DNA from: an uncultured Verrucomicrobiae bacterium
GTDB taxonomy: Bacteria; Verrucomicrobiota; Verrucomicrobiia; Chthoniobacterales; JAATET01
Assembly: GCA_963719495.1 (NCBI GenBank)
Contig: CAVRCI010000003.1
Location: 128,001 to 192,000, forward strand
DNA length: 64,000 nucleotides
Direction: 5' to 3'
Below are positions 39,378 through 49,213 of the stretch, piece by piece. Numbering within the stretch: position 1 is the first letter of the stretch; each line of letters starts with the position of its first letter. The notes beneath the pieces are model-generated. The model saw only the letters and a program-made list of their open reading frames with translations, had not been told where the DNA came from and searched no databases. The translations under genes and the position numbers were made by a program.

Positions 39378-40748
39378 CTACTCGTCGTCCGTCATATCGA
39401 GCGTTCCTTCCTTCAGGCCCTTCTCGATGAAACTGGTGTCGTATTTGCCCGCGCGAAAATCCGCGTTGCGCATGATCGCCTGCTGAAACGGGATCGTCGT
39501 TTTGATCCCCGTGATCATGTATTCTCCCAGCGCCCGGTTCATTCGCTCGATGCAGGCTTCCCGCGTCGACGCGATGCAGATCAATTTCGCGATCATCGAA
39601 TCGTAGTTCGACGGCACCGGGTAGCCGGCGTAGGCGTGCGAATCGATCCGAACACCCCGTCCGCCCGGCGCGTAGTAAAGTTCGATCTCACCCGGGCAGG
39701 GCTGGAAGTTCAACGCGGGATTCTCGGCGTTGATCCGGCACTCGATCGCGTGGTGCCGCGGCTTCGCGTCCATCACGAAACTGGAAAGCTTTTCACCCGC
39801 GGCGACCTGAATCTGAGCCTTCACGAGATCGCACCCGTAAACCTCTTCGGTGATCGGGTGCTCGACCTGGATCCGGGTGTTCATCTCCATGAAGTAGAAC
39901 TCCCCGGCGTCGTCCACCAGATACTCGATCGTCCCGGCATTCGTGTAGCCGACCGACTTCGCCAGCTTGATCGAAGCCGCGCCCATCCGCTCGCGCAGCT
40001 CCGGCGTCATCAACGGCGAAGGACATTCCTCGACGATCTTCTGGTTGCGACGCTGAATCGAACAATCCCGCTCGCCCAGATGCACGACATTCCCGTGCTC
40101 GTCGCCGATGATCTGAAATTCGATGTGGTGCGGCCCGACGATAAATTTTTCGATGTAAACGGCGGGGTTCCCGAACGCCTTGTCGGCCTCGAGCCGCGCA
40201 CTGTGGTAGCCCTGCACGAGGCTCGCGTCGTTGTGCGCGATCCGCATCCCTCGACCACCGCCGCCGGCGACCGCTTTGATCATGACGGGAAAGCCGATCC
40301 CCCGCGCGACCTTGAGCGCCGTCTGCTCGTCGTCGACCGTGCCATCGCTGCCGGGCGAGATCGGCACACCGGCCTTACGGGCGCAGGCACGGGCCGAGTT
40401 TTTGTCGCCCATCAGTCGAATCGCTTCCGAAGACGGCCCGATGAACTCGATGTTGCAGCTCGCGCAGACCTCCGCAAAGTGCGCGTTCTCCGCCAGAAAT
40501 CCGTAGCCCGGGTGAATCGCTTCGACGTCCGCGATCTCGGCCGCGCTGATGATCCGGTCGATTTTGAGGTAACTGTCGGAACTCGCCGCGCTCCCGATGC
40601 AGATCGCCTCGTCGGCCAGCTGGACGTGGAGCGAATCGATGTCGGGCTCGGAATAAACCGCGACCGTCTGGATGCCGAGCTCCTTGCAGGCCCGGATGAT
40701 CCGGAGCGCGATCTCGCCGCGGTTGGCGATCAGGATTTTTTTGAACAT
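39378..40748 (-). CDS. accC: Acetyl-CoA carboxylase, biotin carboxylase subunit
   Basis: [40 protein letters not shown]. Confidence 0.97.
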   Translation of the reverse strand: MFKKILIANRGEIALRIIRACKELGIQTVAVYSEPDIDSLHVQLADEAICIGSAASSDSYLKIDRIISAAEIADVEAIHPGYGFLAENAHFAEVCASCNIEFIGPSSEAIRLMGDKNSARACARKAGVPISPGSDGTVDDEQTALKVARGIGFPVMIKAVAGGGGRGMRIAHNDASLVQGYHSARLEADKAFGNPAVYIEKFIVGPHHIEFQIIGDEHGNVVHLGERDCSIQRRNQKIVEECPSPLMTPELRERMGAASIKLAKSVGYTNAGTIEYLVDDAGEFYFMEMNTRIQVEHPITEEVYGCDLVKAQIQVAAGEKLSSFVMDAKPRHHAIECRINAENPALNFQPCPGEIELYYAPGGRGVRIDSHAYAGYPVPSNYDSMIAKLICIASTREACIERMNRALGEYMITGIKTTIPFQQAIMRNADFRAGKYDTSFIEKGLKEGTLDMTDDE

Positions 40749-40761
40749 CGGGGACTGGCGG

Positions 40762-41211
40762 TTACTTGACCCGGAAAAGCGCCTGGCCGAACTGCACCGG
40801 CTTGCCGTTCTCCGCCGAGAGCTCCGTGATCGTGCCGCCGACTTCCGCCTTGATCTCGTTCATCACCTTCATCGCCTCGACGATGCAGACCACGGTGTCG
40901 GGAGTCACCACCGAGCCAACCGAAACGTAGGCCGGAGAATCCGGCGACGGCGAAGCGTAATAAGTGCCGACCATCGGCGAAGTGATCTCCTTGTCGCCGC
41001 CACCGACCGAACCAGCGGACTCCGCCTCCGCCGCGCTCGAAGTCGCGGGAGCGCCGACTGGTGTTGGCGCGTAAGCCATCTGCGGAGCGGCGTAATTCTC
41101 GGTCGCGTTGGTCTGAAGGGTAATTTTGAACCCCTCCTTTTCCATTTTGAAGACGGCGAGGCCGTTCTTCTTCATCAGGTCAATCAGCGCGCGAATTTCT
41201 TTAATCTCCAC
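40762..41211 (-). CDS. accB: Biotin carboxyl carrier protein
   Basis: [18 protein letters not shown] start. Confidence 0.95.
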   Translation of the reverse strand: MEIKEIRALIDLMKKNGLAVFKMEKEGFKITLQTNATENYAAPQMAYAPTPVGAPATSSAAEAESAGSVGGGDKEITSPMVGTYYASPSPDSPAYVSVGSVVTPDTVVCIVEAMKVMNEIKAEVGGTITELSAENGKPVQFGQALFRVK

Positions 41212-41262
41212 AGGATACAGTCGGTTGAGACCCGAGACTTTGTCGCCCGCCCGCCCCAAGCG

Positions 41263-42153
41263 TCAAGTGCCAACCCCCCGCCGCACCCAGACCGTGGACG
41301 AAGTGCCGGGCAAAACGCCCTCGCTGGACGGCGCGCCTTCGTCGACCCGCAACCCCGCCGCAACCCGCCCGAGCGAGTCCCGGTCGAACTCCCGCGAATT
41401 CGTCGAGAGCAACATCCGCCCGCCGTCCGCCAGGACGTCCACCGCCAATTCGACGAGCCGTTCGTAGTCGTCCGCCGCCCGGAAGATCCGCCCGCCCTTC
41501 CCCCGCGAAAACGTCGGCGGATCCAGCACCACCGCGTCGAACCGCTCGCCGCGCCGCGCCAGCCGCGGCAGCACCGCAAACACGTCGTCGGCGAAAAACC
41601 GATGCCGCCCGTCGGCCAACCCGTTCAATTCGAGATTCCGCCGCCCCGTCTCCAAGGCCTTCGCCGCCAGATCCACGCTCAACGTCTCCGCGCCCGCCCG
41701 TGCCGCCGCCACCGAGAACGCGCCCGTGTAGGCGAAGCAATTGAGCACCCGCCCGGGCCGCACCGATTCCAACCACGCCCGGTTCTCCCGCTGATCGCAA
41801 AACAACCCCACCGAGTAGCCCGCCCCGAAATCGATTTCGAACCGCAACCCCCGCTCCGTCGCCATGCTCCGCGTCCCCGCCCCCGCGTCGCCCTCGACGA
41901 GCCGGGGCACGTCGTCCCGCCCCGGTTGCCGGACCAGTGTCCGCAAAAAAATCCGCCCCACCCCCAGCCCATTCGCGTCCGCCCAAGCCCGGCACTCCCG
42001 CACCATCCCGTCGTCCCCGTCCGGATCGCTCACCAAAAAATCCTCCCCGAACCGCTCGATCCAACTCCCCCGGCCGCTCCAGACCCGGTGCGCCGTCGTC
42101 CCCTCCGCGGCCAAATCGCGCAACACCGACGCCGCGATCCAGCCGCTCGTCAC
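41263..42153 (-). CDS. Class I SAM-dependent methyltransferase, RlmI/RlmK-like
   Basis: GLFCDQRENR, VLNCFAYTGAFS, LDPPTFS; GTGA overlap with the upstream gene. Confidence 0.85.
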   Translation of the reverse strand: MTSGWIAASVLRDLAAEGTTAHRVWSGRGSWIERFGEDFLVSDPDGDDGMVRECRAWADANGLGVGRIFLRTLVRQPGRDDVPRLVEGDAGAGTRSMATERGLRFEIDFGAGYSVGLFCDQRENRAWLESVRPGRVLNCFAYTGAFSVAAARAGAETLSVDLAAKALETGRRNLELNGLADGRHRFFADDVFAVLPRLARRGERFDAVVLDPPTFSRGKGGRIFRAADDYERLVELAVDVLADGGRMLLSTNSREFDRDSLGRVAAGLRVDEGAPSSEGVLPGTSSTVWVRRGVGT

Positions 42154-44009
42154 CCACGCCCCTCCGTCGCGAACGGCGGAATCGGACAACCCAGCGTATC
42201 CGCCACCGCCCGCAGCAAAGCCCCCTGCCGCGGCTCGATCACCCCGTCCGCCATCACCACCCGGCCGCAGGCTTCCAGAATCACCCGCTTCGTCGCCCCA
42301 TCCGTCTGCGCCAGCCGGTCCAGCGCCCCATCGACGTCCCCCAGCCGCATCCCCTCGGTCCGCTCCACCCGGCCCGCGTTCGACCCGAGCTCCAGCGCGG
42401 CGACCCCCGCGCGAAACGCCGCCTCGCGCTGCCCCTCATCCTCCGCGTCGAACCACGCGAGCGCGGACATGACCGTCTCCACTTCATCCACCACGTCGCC
42501 CACGGACCGGAACCGCACCGCCGGCTCGCCCCGCTTCGTGAAATACCCGTCCAAATGCCGCGTGAGCGCCTTCTGCAGCACGTATTCGAACAAATCCACC
42601 TGCCCGTCCGCGTCGACCAGCCGCCGCACGTTCGCGCGAAAAACCCCATACTGCTCCGGCGACATCTTCCGCAGCGCCGGCAAACACAGATCCACCGTGT
42701 GCAACCAAGCCTCCCCCGGGATCTCCGACCGCCGCTCGACATCGGCCAGCACCTGCCGCCGCTGCGCCTCGTCAGCCTTGAGACCCTTCACCTGCCGATC
42801 CCGCGTGTCGTCGTCCGCGCTCAACAGCAGCGAATAAATCAGACTCACCGCCGCCCCGGTCTCCCGCGCCGCCACCCGCGAGAAGTCCGGCATCGCGGCC
42901 AACGCCGCCCCCGCCACGGCCAACGTCCGCGCGTCCAAAACCCCCGCGCCATCGGTCCAGCCGCCCCGTTTCCGAGCCGGTTTCTCCGTCTCCGGCGAAG
43001 GCTGCCGCTCGACCGGCGACCGCACCGCCGCCGGATCGAATCCCGGCGCGATCGCCGCGATCCGCGCGTCGATCGGCGGATGCGTCGCAAACATCCCGGC
43101 CAGCGCCTCCCCCAGCCCGTTCCCAAAGAACAAATGACTCGCCTCCTCCGCCCGCGGCGTCTCGAGCCGCGAGGTCGCCCGCCCGATTTTGAACAATGCC
43201 CCGGCGATCCCGTCCGGATTTCGCGTGAACTGCACCGCCGACGCGTCGGCCAGAAATTCCCGCTGACGGCTCACCGCCGCCTTGATCAACCGCGCAAAGA
43301 ACGCCCCGACCGACCCGACCACCAACAGCGCAATCCCGATCACGAAGATCGGCAACTGCCCCCCACCCCCGGTCGAATCCCGGCTCGACCGCGCCCGCCC
43401 ACCCGCGAAAAACCCCGTTCGAAACAAGATGTTCCCCAGGATCGCCAGCAGAAGAATCCCGTTCAGCGCCCCGATCAGCCGGATATTCAGCCGCATATCC
43501 CCGTTGAGGATGTGACTGAACTCGTGCGCCACCACGCCCTGCAGCTCATCACGCGTGAGGGCGTTCAGCGTCCCGCGAGTGACCGCGACCACCGCGTCGC
43601 CCGGCTGATTCCCCGCCGCGAACGCGTTGATCCCATCCTCGCCCGGCAGCACGTAAATGTCCGGCACCGGCAGCCCCGAAGCGATCGCCATCTCCTCGAC
43701 GACGTTGCGCAGTTGCACCTCCTTCGGGTCCGTCGTGTGCGGATCGATCTGTTGCCCGCCCAGCATCTCGGCGACCACCCCGCCGCCCTGCGAGAGTTCG
43801 AAGATCTTGAACAGCGACCCGAGTCCGACCACCACGATGACCCCACCCGAGATCATCGCCAACAATCGCGGATCCAGCAGACTCTCGCCCATCGCCAGAG
43901 CCAGCACGACCTGCAGCACCGCGATGATCCCAATCACCGCCAGGATGAAGTAAAAAATCAGCCACCCGGTGTTCCGCTTGGCCCGTTCCTGATGTTCGAA
44001 AAAATCCAT
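42150..44009 (-). CDS. M48 (HtpX-like) membrane zinc protease with C-terminal TerB-like extension
   Basis: INAFAAG, AHEFSH, SRQREFLADA, FATHPP. Confidence 0.88.
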   Translation of the reverse strand: MDFFEHQERAKRNTGWLIFYFILAVIGIIAVLQVVLALAMGESLLDPRLLAMISGGVIVVVGLGSLFKIFELSQGGGVVAEMLGGQQIDPHTTDPKEVQLRNVVEEMAIASGLPVPDIYVLPGEDGINAFAAGNQPGDAVVAVTRGTLNALTRDELQGVVAHEFSHILNGDMRLNIRLIGALNGILLLAILGNILFRTGFFAGGRARSSRDSTGGGGQLPIFVIGIALLVVGSVGAFFARLIKAAVSRQREFLADASAVQFTRNPDGIAGALFKIGRATSRLETPRAEEASHLFFGNGLGEALAGMFATHPPIDARIAAIAPGFDPAAVRSPVERQPSPETEKPARKRGGWTDGAGVLDARTLAVAGAALAAMPDFSRVAARETGAAVSLIYSLLLSADDDTRDRQVKGLKADEAQRRQVLADVERRSEIPGEAWLHTVDLCLPALRKMSPEQYGVFRANVRRLVDADGQVDLFEYVLQKALTRHLDGYFTKRGEPAVRFRSVGDVVDEVETVMSALAWFDAEDEGQREAAFRAGVAALELGSNAGRVERTEGMRLGDVDGALDRLAQTDGATKRVILEACGRVVMADGVIEPRQGALLRAVADTLGCPIPPFATEGRG

Positions 44010-44020
44010 CCCGCGCTCCG

Positions 44021-45055
44021 TCAGTCCGTCGCTTCCCCGTCGAACGCGCTCCGAAGAAACGCCGCCACCTCACCTTCCACCTTCCCGGCCTCCGGACTCA
44101 ACCAGACCAGCCGCCCGGCGTCCGCGAGCTCCAACGCCTCAGCCTCGGGTGCGCCGTCGAGAATGGGTGCCGGATCGGTCCATTCGCTGGCCCCGATCTC
44201 CGATCCGGTCACGACCAGAATCGGCAGATCCAACTCCGAATAATCCATTTCGGCCTGCGCGCTCACCAGCAGCAGATCGTTCCGCGTCCCGCTCTCGCGC
44301 TTTTCCAGCGGGCCGATCGAAAGCACGAGGTCTTGAAAAAATTCCAGCCGCCCCGCGTCGTCCACCACGCTCCGGGCCACCTCCGACCGCCGGTCCTCAC
44401 CCAGATCCGTGTCCCACTTCAGCGCCGCCGAAACGAGACTCTCCGTCGAACGATCCGCCAGCACCGACACCCACCACGTCCCCATGTCACCCGTCATCCC
44501 CTGCAAAATCTGGTCCTCCAACAATTCGTCGGTCTTCGGCCGCTGGTAGATGTCCCGCTGAACCCGGGTGATCGGCGAAACCAACGCCAGCGCCACCGTC
44601 TCGCCGGGATATCCGGCGGCGAATTCCAAAGCCACGTTCGCGCCGACCGACACCCCCAGGATGGCCACGCGTTCGACCTCGAGTTTTTCCAGCAGAGCGG
44701 CCATGACGTCCGCCTGCTCCGGCAACAAAATCCCGTTCTCGAGCGGCGTCCGCAAATACCCCGGCCGCGAAGGCGCAATCACGCGGAACCCAGCCGCCAC
44801 CAGCGACCGCCCCAGGAGCTGTCCCTGATCGTATCCACCCGGCGCCCCGTGCAGGACCAGCACCGCCGGCCCGCTGCCCTCGTCGACGTATTCCACCGGA
44901 CCCATCCGCGTCTCGACGACCTGACTTCCCGCCTCGAGCGCCGCGACCCGATCTTTCTTCCAACCCGTGAAAATTAGAATCACGATCCCGGCCGCGACCA
45001 GCCCCAGGACCCCCAGGCCCAGCAAAATCCGCCCGATCCAACGCATCATCCTCAT
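44021..45055 (-). CDS. Membrane-anchored alpha/beta hydrolase-fold protein
   Basis: LHGAPGG, SRPGY, GVSVG nucleophile elbow. Confidence 0.8.
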   Translation of the reverse strand: MRMMRWIGRILLGLGVLGLVAAGIVILIFTGWKKDRVAALEAGSQVVETRMGPVEYVDEGSGPAVLVLHGAPGGYDQGQLLGRSLVAAGFRVIAPSRPGYLRTPLENGILLPEQADVMAALLEKLEVERVAILGVSVGANVALEFAAGYPGETVALALVSPITRVQRDIYQRPKTDELLEDQILQGMTGDMGTWWVSVLADRSTESLVSAALKWDTDLGEDRRSEVARSVVDDAGRLEFFQDLVLSIGPLEKRESGTRNDLLLVSAQAEMDYSELDLPILVVTGSEIGASEWTDPAPILDGAPEAEALELADAGRLVWLSPEAGKVEGEVAAFLRSAFDGEATD

Positions 45056-45121
45056 CGCCGCGACACTACCCAGATTGCCGCCGGGCGCGAAACCCGAAAG
45101 CGACCCAAGCAGCCGCCCCGC

Positions 45122-45970
45122 CTACCGCTCGGCGACACCCGCGCGATACTGGATGTAGGAAGTCCGCGCCGCGATGTATCGGTCCAGCGCGTTCTCGGTC
45201 GCGGCGTCCAGCGTCGCCAACGAACCCGGCAAAGCCTGCAGCGTATTGACCGCCGGGAAAACGATCGGCCAGCTCGGCGGACAGAAAAACTCGAACCCGC
45301 AATAGATGAAGCTCACCCAATTCACCGGATTCAGCGCGTAGTCTCCCGCGTAACCCACCGTATCCCGCACACTGCTCGGCCCCAGGATCGGCAGCACGAG
45401 GTAAGGTCCGTGACCGATGCCCCACTTGGCAAAAGTCTGACCCGTATCCGCCGGCGGGATGTCCGCCAATGCCGGGAACCGATCCGCCGCCCTCATGAAT
45501 CCCGCAACACCCAAAGTGCTGTTCACGAGAAATTTGCCGGTCTCCCTGCCGGCCCGACCGAATTTCCCCTGCAACGAGTGGTTCACCACGCGGACCGGGA
45601 ATTTCACGTTTTCGAACGCATTCGTCAGACCCGTCCGGGCAAACTCGGGCACCGCGTATTCGTAGCCGGTCGAAACCGGCCGAAGGATCACCGTGTAAAT
45701 CCCGTCGTTCAGCATGAACGTCGCCCGATTCAGCGGCTCGAGCGGATCGGACACCACCGCCGCATCGTATTCCTCCAGATCATCGAATCCCCCCAGCTCG
45801 TCCAGCTCCGACGCGTTCGTCGCGACCGTCCGCTCCTCGACGACCGGCTCGCCAACGCTCGCAGCCCCCTCGACTTCGACCGGCTCCGGCTTCGTCGACG
45901 AGCAAGCGGTGAGAAAAACGATCGTCGCGAGGGCGATCAGTGGAGAAAAGTCGGTGGAGCGGGTTTTCAT
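45122..45970 (-). CDS. mlaA: VacJ/MlaA lipoprotein
   Basis: LTAC lipobox, DPLEPLNR, DTGQT, GPYLVLPILGPSSVRD. Confidence 0.92.
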   Translation of the reverse strand: MKTRSTDFSPLIALATIVFLTACSSTKPEPVEVEGAASVGEPVVEERTVATNASELDELGGFDDLEEYDAAVVSDPLEPLNRATFMLNDGIYTVILRPVSTGYEYAVPEFARTGLTNAFENVKFPVRVVNHSLQGKFGRAGRETGKFLVNSTLGVAGFMRAADRFPALADIPPADTGQTFAKWGIGHGPYLVLPILGPSSVRDTVGYAGDYALNPVNWVSFIYCGFEFFCPPSWPIVFPAVNTLQALPGSLATLDAATENALDRYIAARTSYIQYRAGVAER

Positions 45971-46554
45971 CAGTTTTTGGCTACGGATTGGTTGAGGGCA
46001 TTGATGACCGCGACGGCGCCACCTTTTTTGAACTGCGAGTCGAGTTGAGTCCGGTAATTCGCGATCAGGCTCACGCCCTCGATCACGACGTCCGTGATCA
46101 TCCAATCGTTCCCTCGCTCGAGCCGATAGACGACGCTGTATTTGCTACCGCGATAGAGGAGTTTCGTCGACACCTCGACGCGACCCGCCGCCGGCTCGAC
46201 CGCCTTGCCGTATTCGATCACCGGCTGCTCACCCGGCGTGAGCTTCGAGCTGTAGGTCCGAATGATCAGCGTCGTGAAAAGCTCCGTCGCTTCCTTGCGC
46301 TGACCCTCGGAAAACTGCCGCCAACCCGGCCCCACGGCGCGCCGTGTCATCGCCTCGAAGCTGATGTATTTCGTAAGCACCGGCCGAAGACTTTTCTCCA
46401 TCCCGGCCGCGTTCGACGATTTCGAGGCCACCTTCAGAGCGGCGTCCACCGCGGAGTGGAGTCGCTTGTCGGCCTCCGCCGTGGCACCGAAAGACGTGGC
46501 GGCGTGGAAGGTTGCGGTGACGACTGCGAGGGCGAGAAGGGCTCGGGTGTTCAT
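45970..46554 (-). CDS. mlaC: MlaC periplasmic phospholipid-binding protein
   Basis: DVVIEGVSLIANYRTQ motif, operon context. Confidence 0.92.
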   Translation of the reverse strand: MNTRALLALAVVTATFHAATSFGATAEADKRLHSAVDAALKVASKSSNAAGMEKSLRPVLTKYISFEAMTRRAVGPGWRQFSEGQRKEATELFTTLIIRTYSSKLTPGEQPVIEYGKAVEPAAGRVEVSTKLLYRGSKYSVVYRLERGNDWMITDVVIEGVSLIANYRTQLDSQFKKGGAVAVINALNQSVAKN

Positions 46555-47039
46555 GGTGTTTGCGTGGAAGGGGGTGGTTCTTCGGACTCGGTGTCGACGC
46601 CGCCGAAGGCCATCTTGCCGATCAAGGATTCCAAGTCGACGGACGATTCCGTCATCGTGATCCGGTTGCCGGATTCCAGGTAGGTCTCGTCCGCACCGGG
46701 CGCGAGCGCGACGTATTTGTCACCGATCAGACCCGTCGTTTTGATCGACGCCATCGTGTCGGTCGGAAGCTGGAGCGTCGAACGCACCCGAATTTTGGCG
46801 ATCGCACTGTAATCCTGTGGGTCGATCTCGATCTCGTCGACGCGGCCCACCGCCACGCCGGCCAGCAGGACGCTGCTGCCACGATTGAGACCTCCGGCGT
46901 TCGCGAACCGCGCTTCGAGCGGGTAGGTGTCGCCGCCGACGAGCGCGCCGGAGCCCGCTTTGATCGCCAAATAAACGAGCGCAACGATCCCGAGCAGCAC
47001 GAAAAGGCCCACGAAGAGTTCGAGTCGGGATTGTTTCAT
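46551..47039 (-). CDS. mlaD: MlaD MCE-domain protein
   Basis: ELFVGLFV, AGVAVGRV, IKTTGLIGDKYV. Confidence 0.92.
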   Translation of the reverse strand: MKQSRLELFVGLFVLLGIVALVYLAIKAGSGALVGGDTYPLEARFANAGGLNRGSSVLLAGVAVGRVDEIEIDPQDYSAIAKIRVRSTLQLPTDTMASIKTTGLIGDKYVALAPGADETYLESGNRITMTESSVDLESLIGKMAFGGVDTESEEPPPSTQTP

Positions 47040-47851
47040 AAATTTCGGGCCGCAGTGTCTTCCGACTTCCGCAGGGAAGCAAGGGTGCTGCCAAGCGCGT
47101 CCGCGCTGTCCCGGAAATCGCACACCACCGGGTGCGCGGATGCGGAAAACTCGGCCGACGTCCCCTCGAAGCACATTTCTCCACCGTTTAGCAGCGCCAC
47201 CCGGTCGCTGGCGATCAAAGCCTCGACCAAATCGTGGGTCACCACCAACGCCGTGAACCCAAACTGCCCCTGATACTTCGCGATCATTTCGAAGACCGCG
47301 TTCCGCCGCAGCGGATCCAATCCAGCCGTCGGCTCGTCGAAAAAAACCAACTCCGGCCGCGTGACGATCGCCCGCGCCAGCGCCAGCCGCTTCTGCATTC
47401 CGCCGGAAATCTGCCCGGGGTAATGGTCGGCGTGCTCGTCCAGCTCGAGCTGCCGCAGCGCCTCGACGCTCCGCTCGTGAATCTCGTCCTTCGGCACGTC
47501 GGTCGTCTGCTCCAGCGGCAGCGCCACGTTTTCCAACGCCGTCAACGAGTCGAACAACGCGTTGCTCTGAAACAAAAAACTGCACCGCCTCCGGAAGTTC
47601 CGCCGCGTCACCGCGTTCCCAATCCCCAACTGCCGACCATCGAACCAAATCTCGCCCCCGTCTGGCCGCTCGATCCCGGCCAGGCATTTGAGAAAGACCG
47701 ATTTCCCCGCGCCACTCGGCCCGATCACGCTGAAAAGACTCCCGCGATTCACGGCGACGTTCACGCCCTTCAGCACCTCGCGGCCCGCGAAGCTCTTCCG
47801 CAAACCCTCGATCCGCAGCAGCGGATCCGCCTTCTCGGTCACCTCGCTCAT
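47036..47851 (-). CDS. mlaF: MlaF ABC ATPase
   Basis: GPSGAGKS, ISGGMQKR, FFDEPTAGLDP, VTHD. Confidence 0.92.
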   Translation of the reverse strand: MSEVTEKADPLLRIEGLRKSFAGREVLKGVNVAVNRGSLFSVIGPSGAGKSVFLKCLAGIERPDGGEIWFDGRQLGIGNAVTRRNFRRRCSFLFQSNALFDSLTALENVALPLEQTTDVPKDEIHERSVEALRQLELDEHADHYPGQISGGMQKRLALARAIVTRPELVFFDEPTAGLDPLRRNAVFEMIAKYQGQFGFTALVVTHDLVEALIASDRVALLNGGEMCFEGTSAEFSASAHPVVCDFRDSADALGSTLASLRKSEDTAARNL

Positions 47852-48675
47852 CAGACTAGAAACGAGGTAATCGCGTAATCCGCCGCCAGCACCAGAATGC
47901 TCGAATGCACCACCGCCCGCGTCGACGAAGCGCTCACCGCCCGCGCCCCCGTCGCCGACCGGCACCGGTGGGCGTTGAAACCGTGAAACGCGCAAACGCT
48001 GATCGTTAAAATCCCAAACGCCGCCGCCTTGATGAAGCATTCCCGCACGTCCGCCGCGCCCACCGCCCGCTCCACCGCCGACCAGTAAACCCCCGGCTCC
48101 ACCCCCAACAAAAGCGACCCGGAAAGACTCCCACCCCACAGCCCCACCCCCACGAACAACGCCGTCTGCAGCGGAAACGTCACCAACGACGCGATCAACC
48201 GCGGAGCCACCAGATACCCGTGGCTGCTCGCGCCCATCGTCTCCAACGCCACGATCTGCTCCGTATTGCGCTGAATCCCCAACTCCGCCGCCAAGGCCGA
48301 CCCCGCCTGCCCCACCAGCATCAAAGCCGCCAGCACCGGTGCCATTTCCCGCACCAAACTCAGCGACACCAGCGCGCCCAGCAACCCATCCGACCCGAAG
48401 CGATTCAGCACGTAGTAACCCTGCAACCCCAGCACCAACCCCGTAAACGTTCCCACGATGAGAATGACCGGCAGGCACAGCCAACCCTGCTCGTAAATCG
48501 CCCGCGCCACCCGCCGCCCCAGCCGTCGCGATCCCACGGCCGCCCGGAACGAACGCCCCGTGAAGACGGCGTAATCGCCCAACTCACCCACCACGCCGAG
48601 GGCCTCTCTACCAAGGAAACGCAACACTCCGTGGAATAAGGGCGAGAAACCAATTTTCCACAAGTCCGAAGCCAA
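47851..48675 (-). CDS. mlaE: MlaE ABC permease
   Basis: SLVREMAPVL, AAELG..R.TEQI; true start may be GTG 48627. Confidence 0.9.
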   Translation of the reverse strand: MASDLWKIGFSPLFHGVLRFLGREALGVVGELGDYAVFTGRSFRAAVGSRRLGRRVARAIYEQGWLCLPVILIVGTFTGLVLGLQGYYVLNRFGSDGLLGALVSLSLVREMAPVLAALMLVGQAGSALAAELGIQRNTEQIVALETMGASSHGYLVAPRLIASLVTFPLQTALFVGVGLWGGSLSGSLLLGVEPGVYWSAVERAVGAADVRECFIKAAAFGILTISVCAFHGFNAHRCRSATGARAVSASSTRAVVHSSILVLAADYAITSFLV

Positions 48676-48755
48676 TGCGGTGAGTGTGATTGCGAAAAAG
48701 GTCGAAGGGGGCGAGACGAGTATGGCACTATTATAAGCGGATCGTCGGCACGACT

Positions 48756-48844
48756 GTAGCGGCGGTCTGTGACCGCCGGAGCCGTCAAACTCGGGTGCGC
48801 AAACCCAGCGAGATGGTTGGCGGCGGTCACAGACGCGCCGCTAC
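48756..48844. repeat. GTAG-type REP inverted pair (REPIN-like)
   Basis: GTAGCGGCGGTCTGTGACCGCCG and an inverted copy differing by a 1-nt indel. Confidence 0.85.
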
Positions 48845-49213
48845 AACTTCGCGCTCACCCCACCAACACCGCCAGCGTTGATCGAAAAGACCCCGGTCGC
48901 CGATGATCTCACGCGGGACGGCCTCCAAGCCGTCTTCACCGCCTTGCGCTCTTCACCGAAAATCGGCTTAAAACAGTGCCATTCGGGCGAGACGGAGAAA
49001 GTGGAACACCGGAGATTGAAGGCGGCTGGCGCGGCGCGACCAGCCCCACCCAGTAGGGGGTAGGGAACGTCGCGCCGCGCGTTCCCTCGCTTTCTCTGCC
49101 CACTTTCGCAATCACACCCCAATGCGGAATGCGATCCGCTCAAACTCCGATTCTCGACAGTTCCGCCCAGCTCAACCTAATCTTCCGAGAACGCACGATC
49201 AGCCAGTATTGCC

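Noticed and set aside
45122..48675. mla operon without mlaB
   Set aside because: Common outside Gammaproteobacteria
48723..48738. Sigma54-like TGGCAC upstream of the REP pair
   Set aside because: GG to GC spacing is off by one base, which sigma54 does not tolerate
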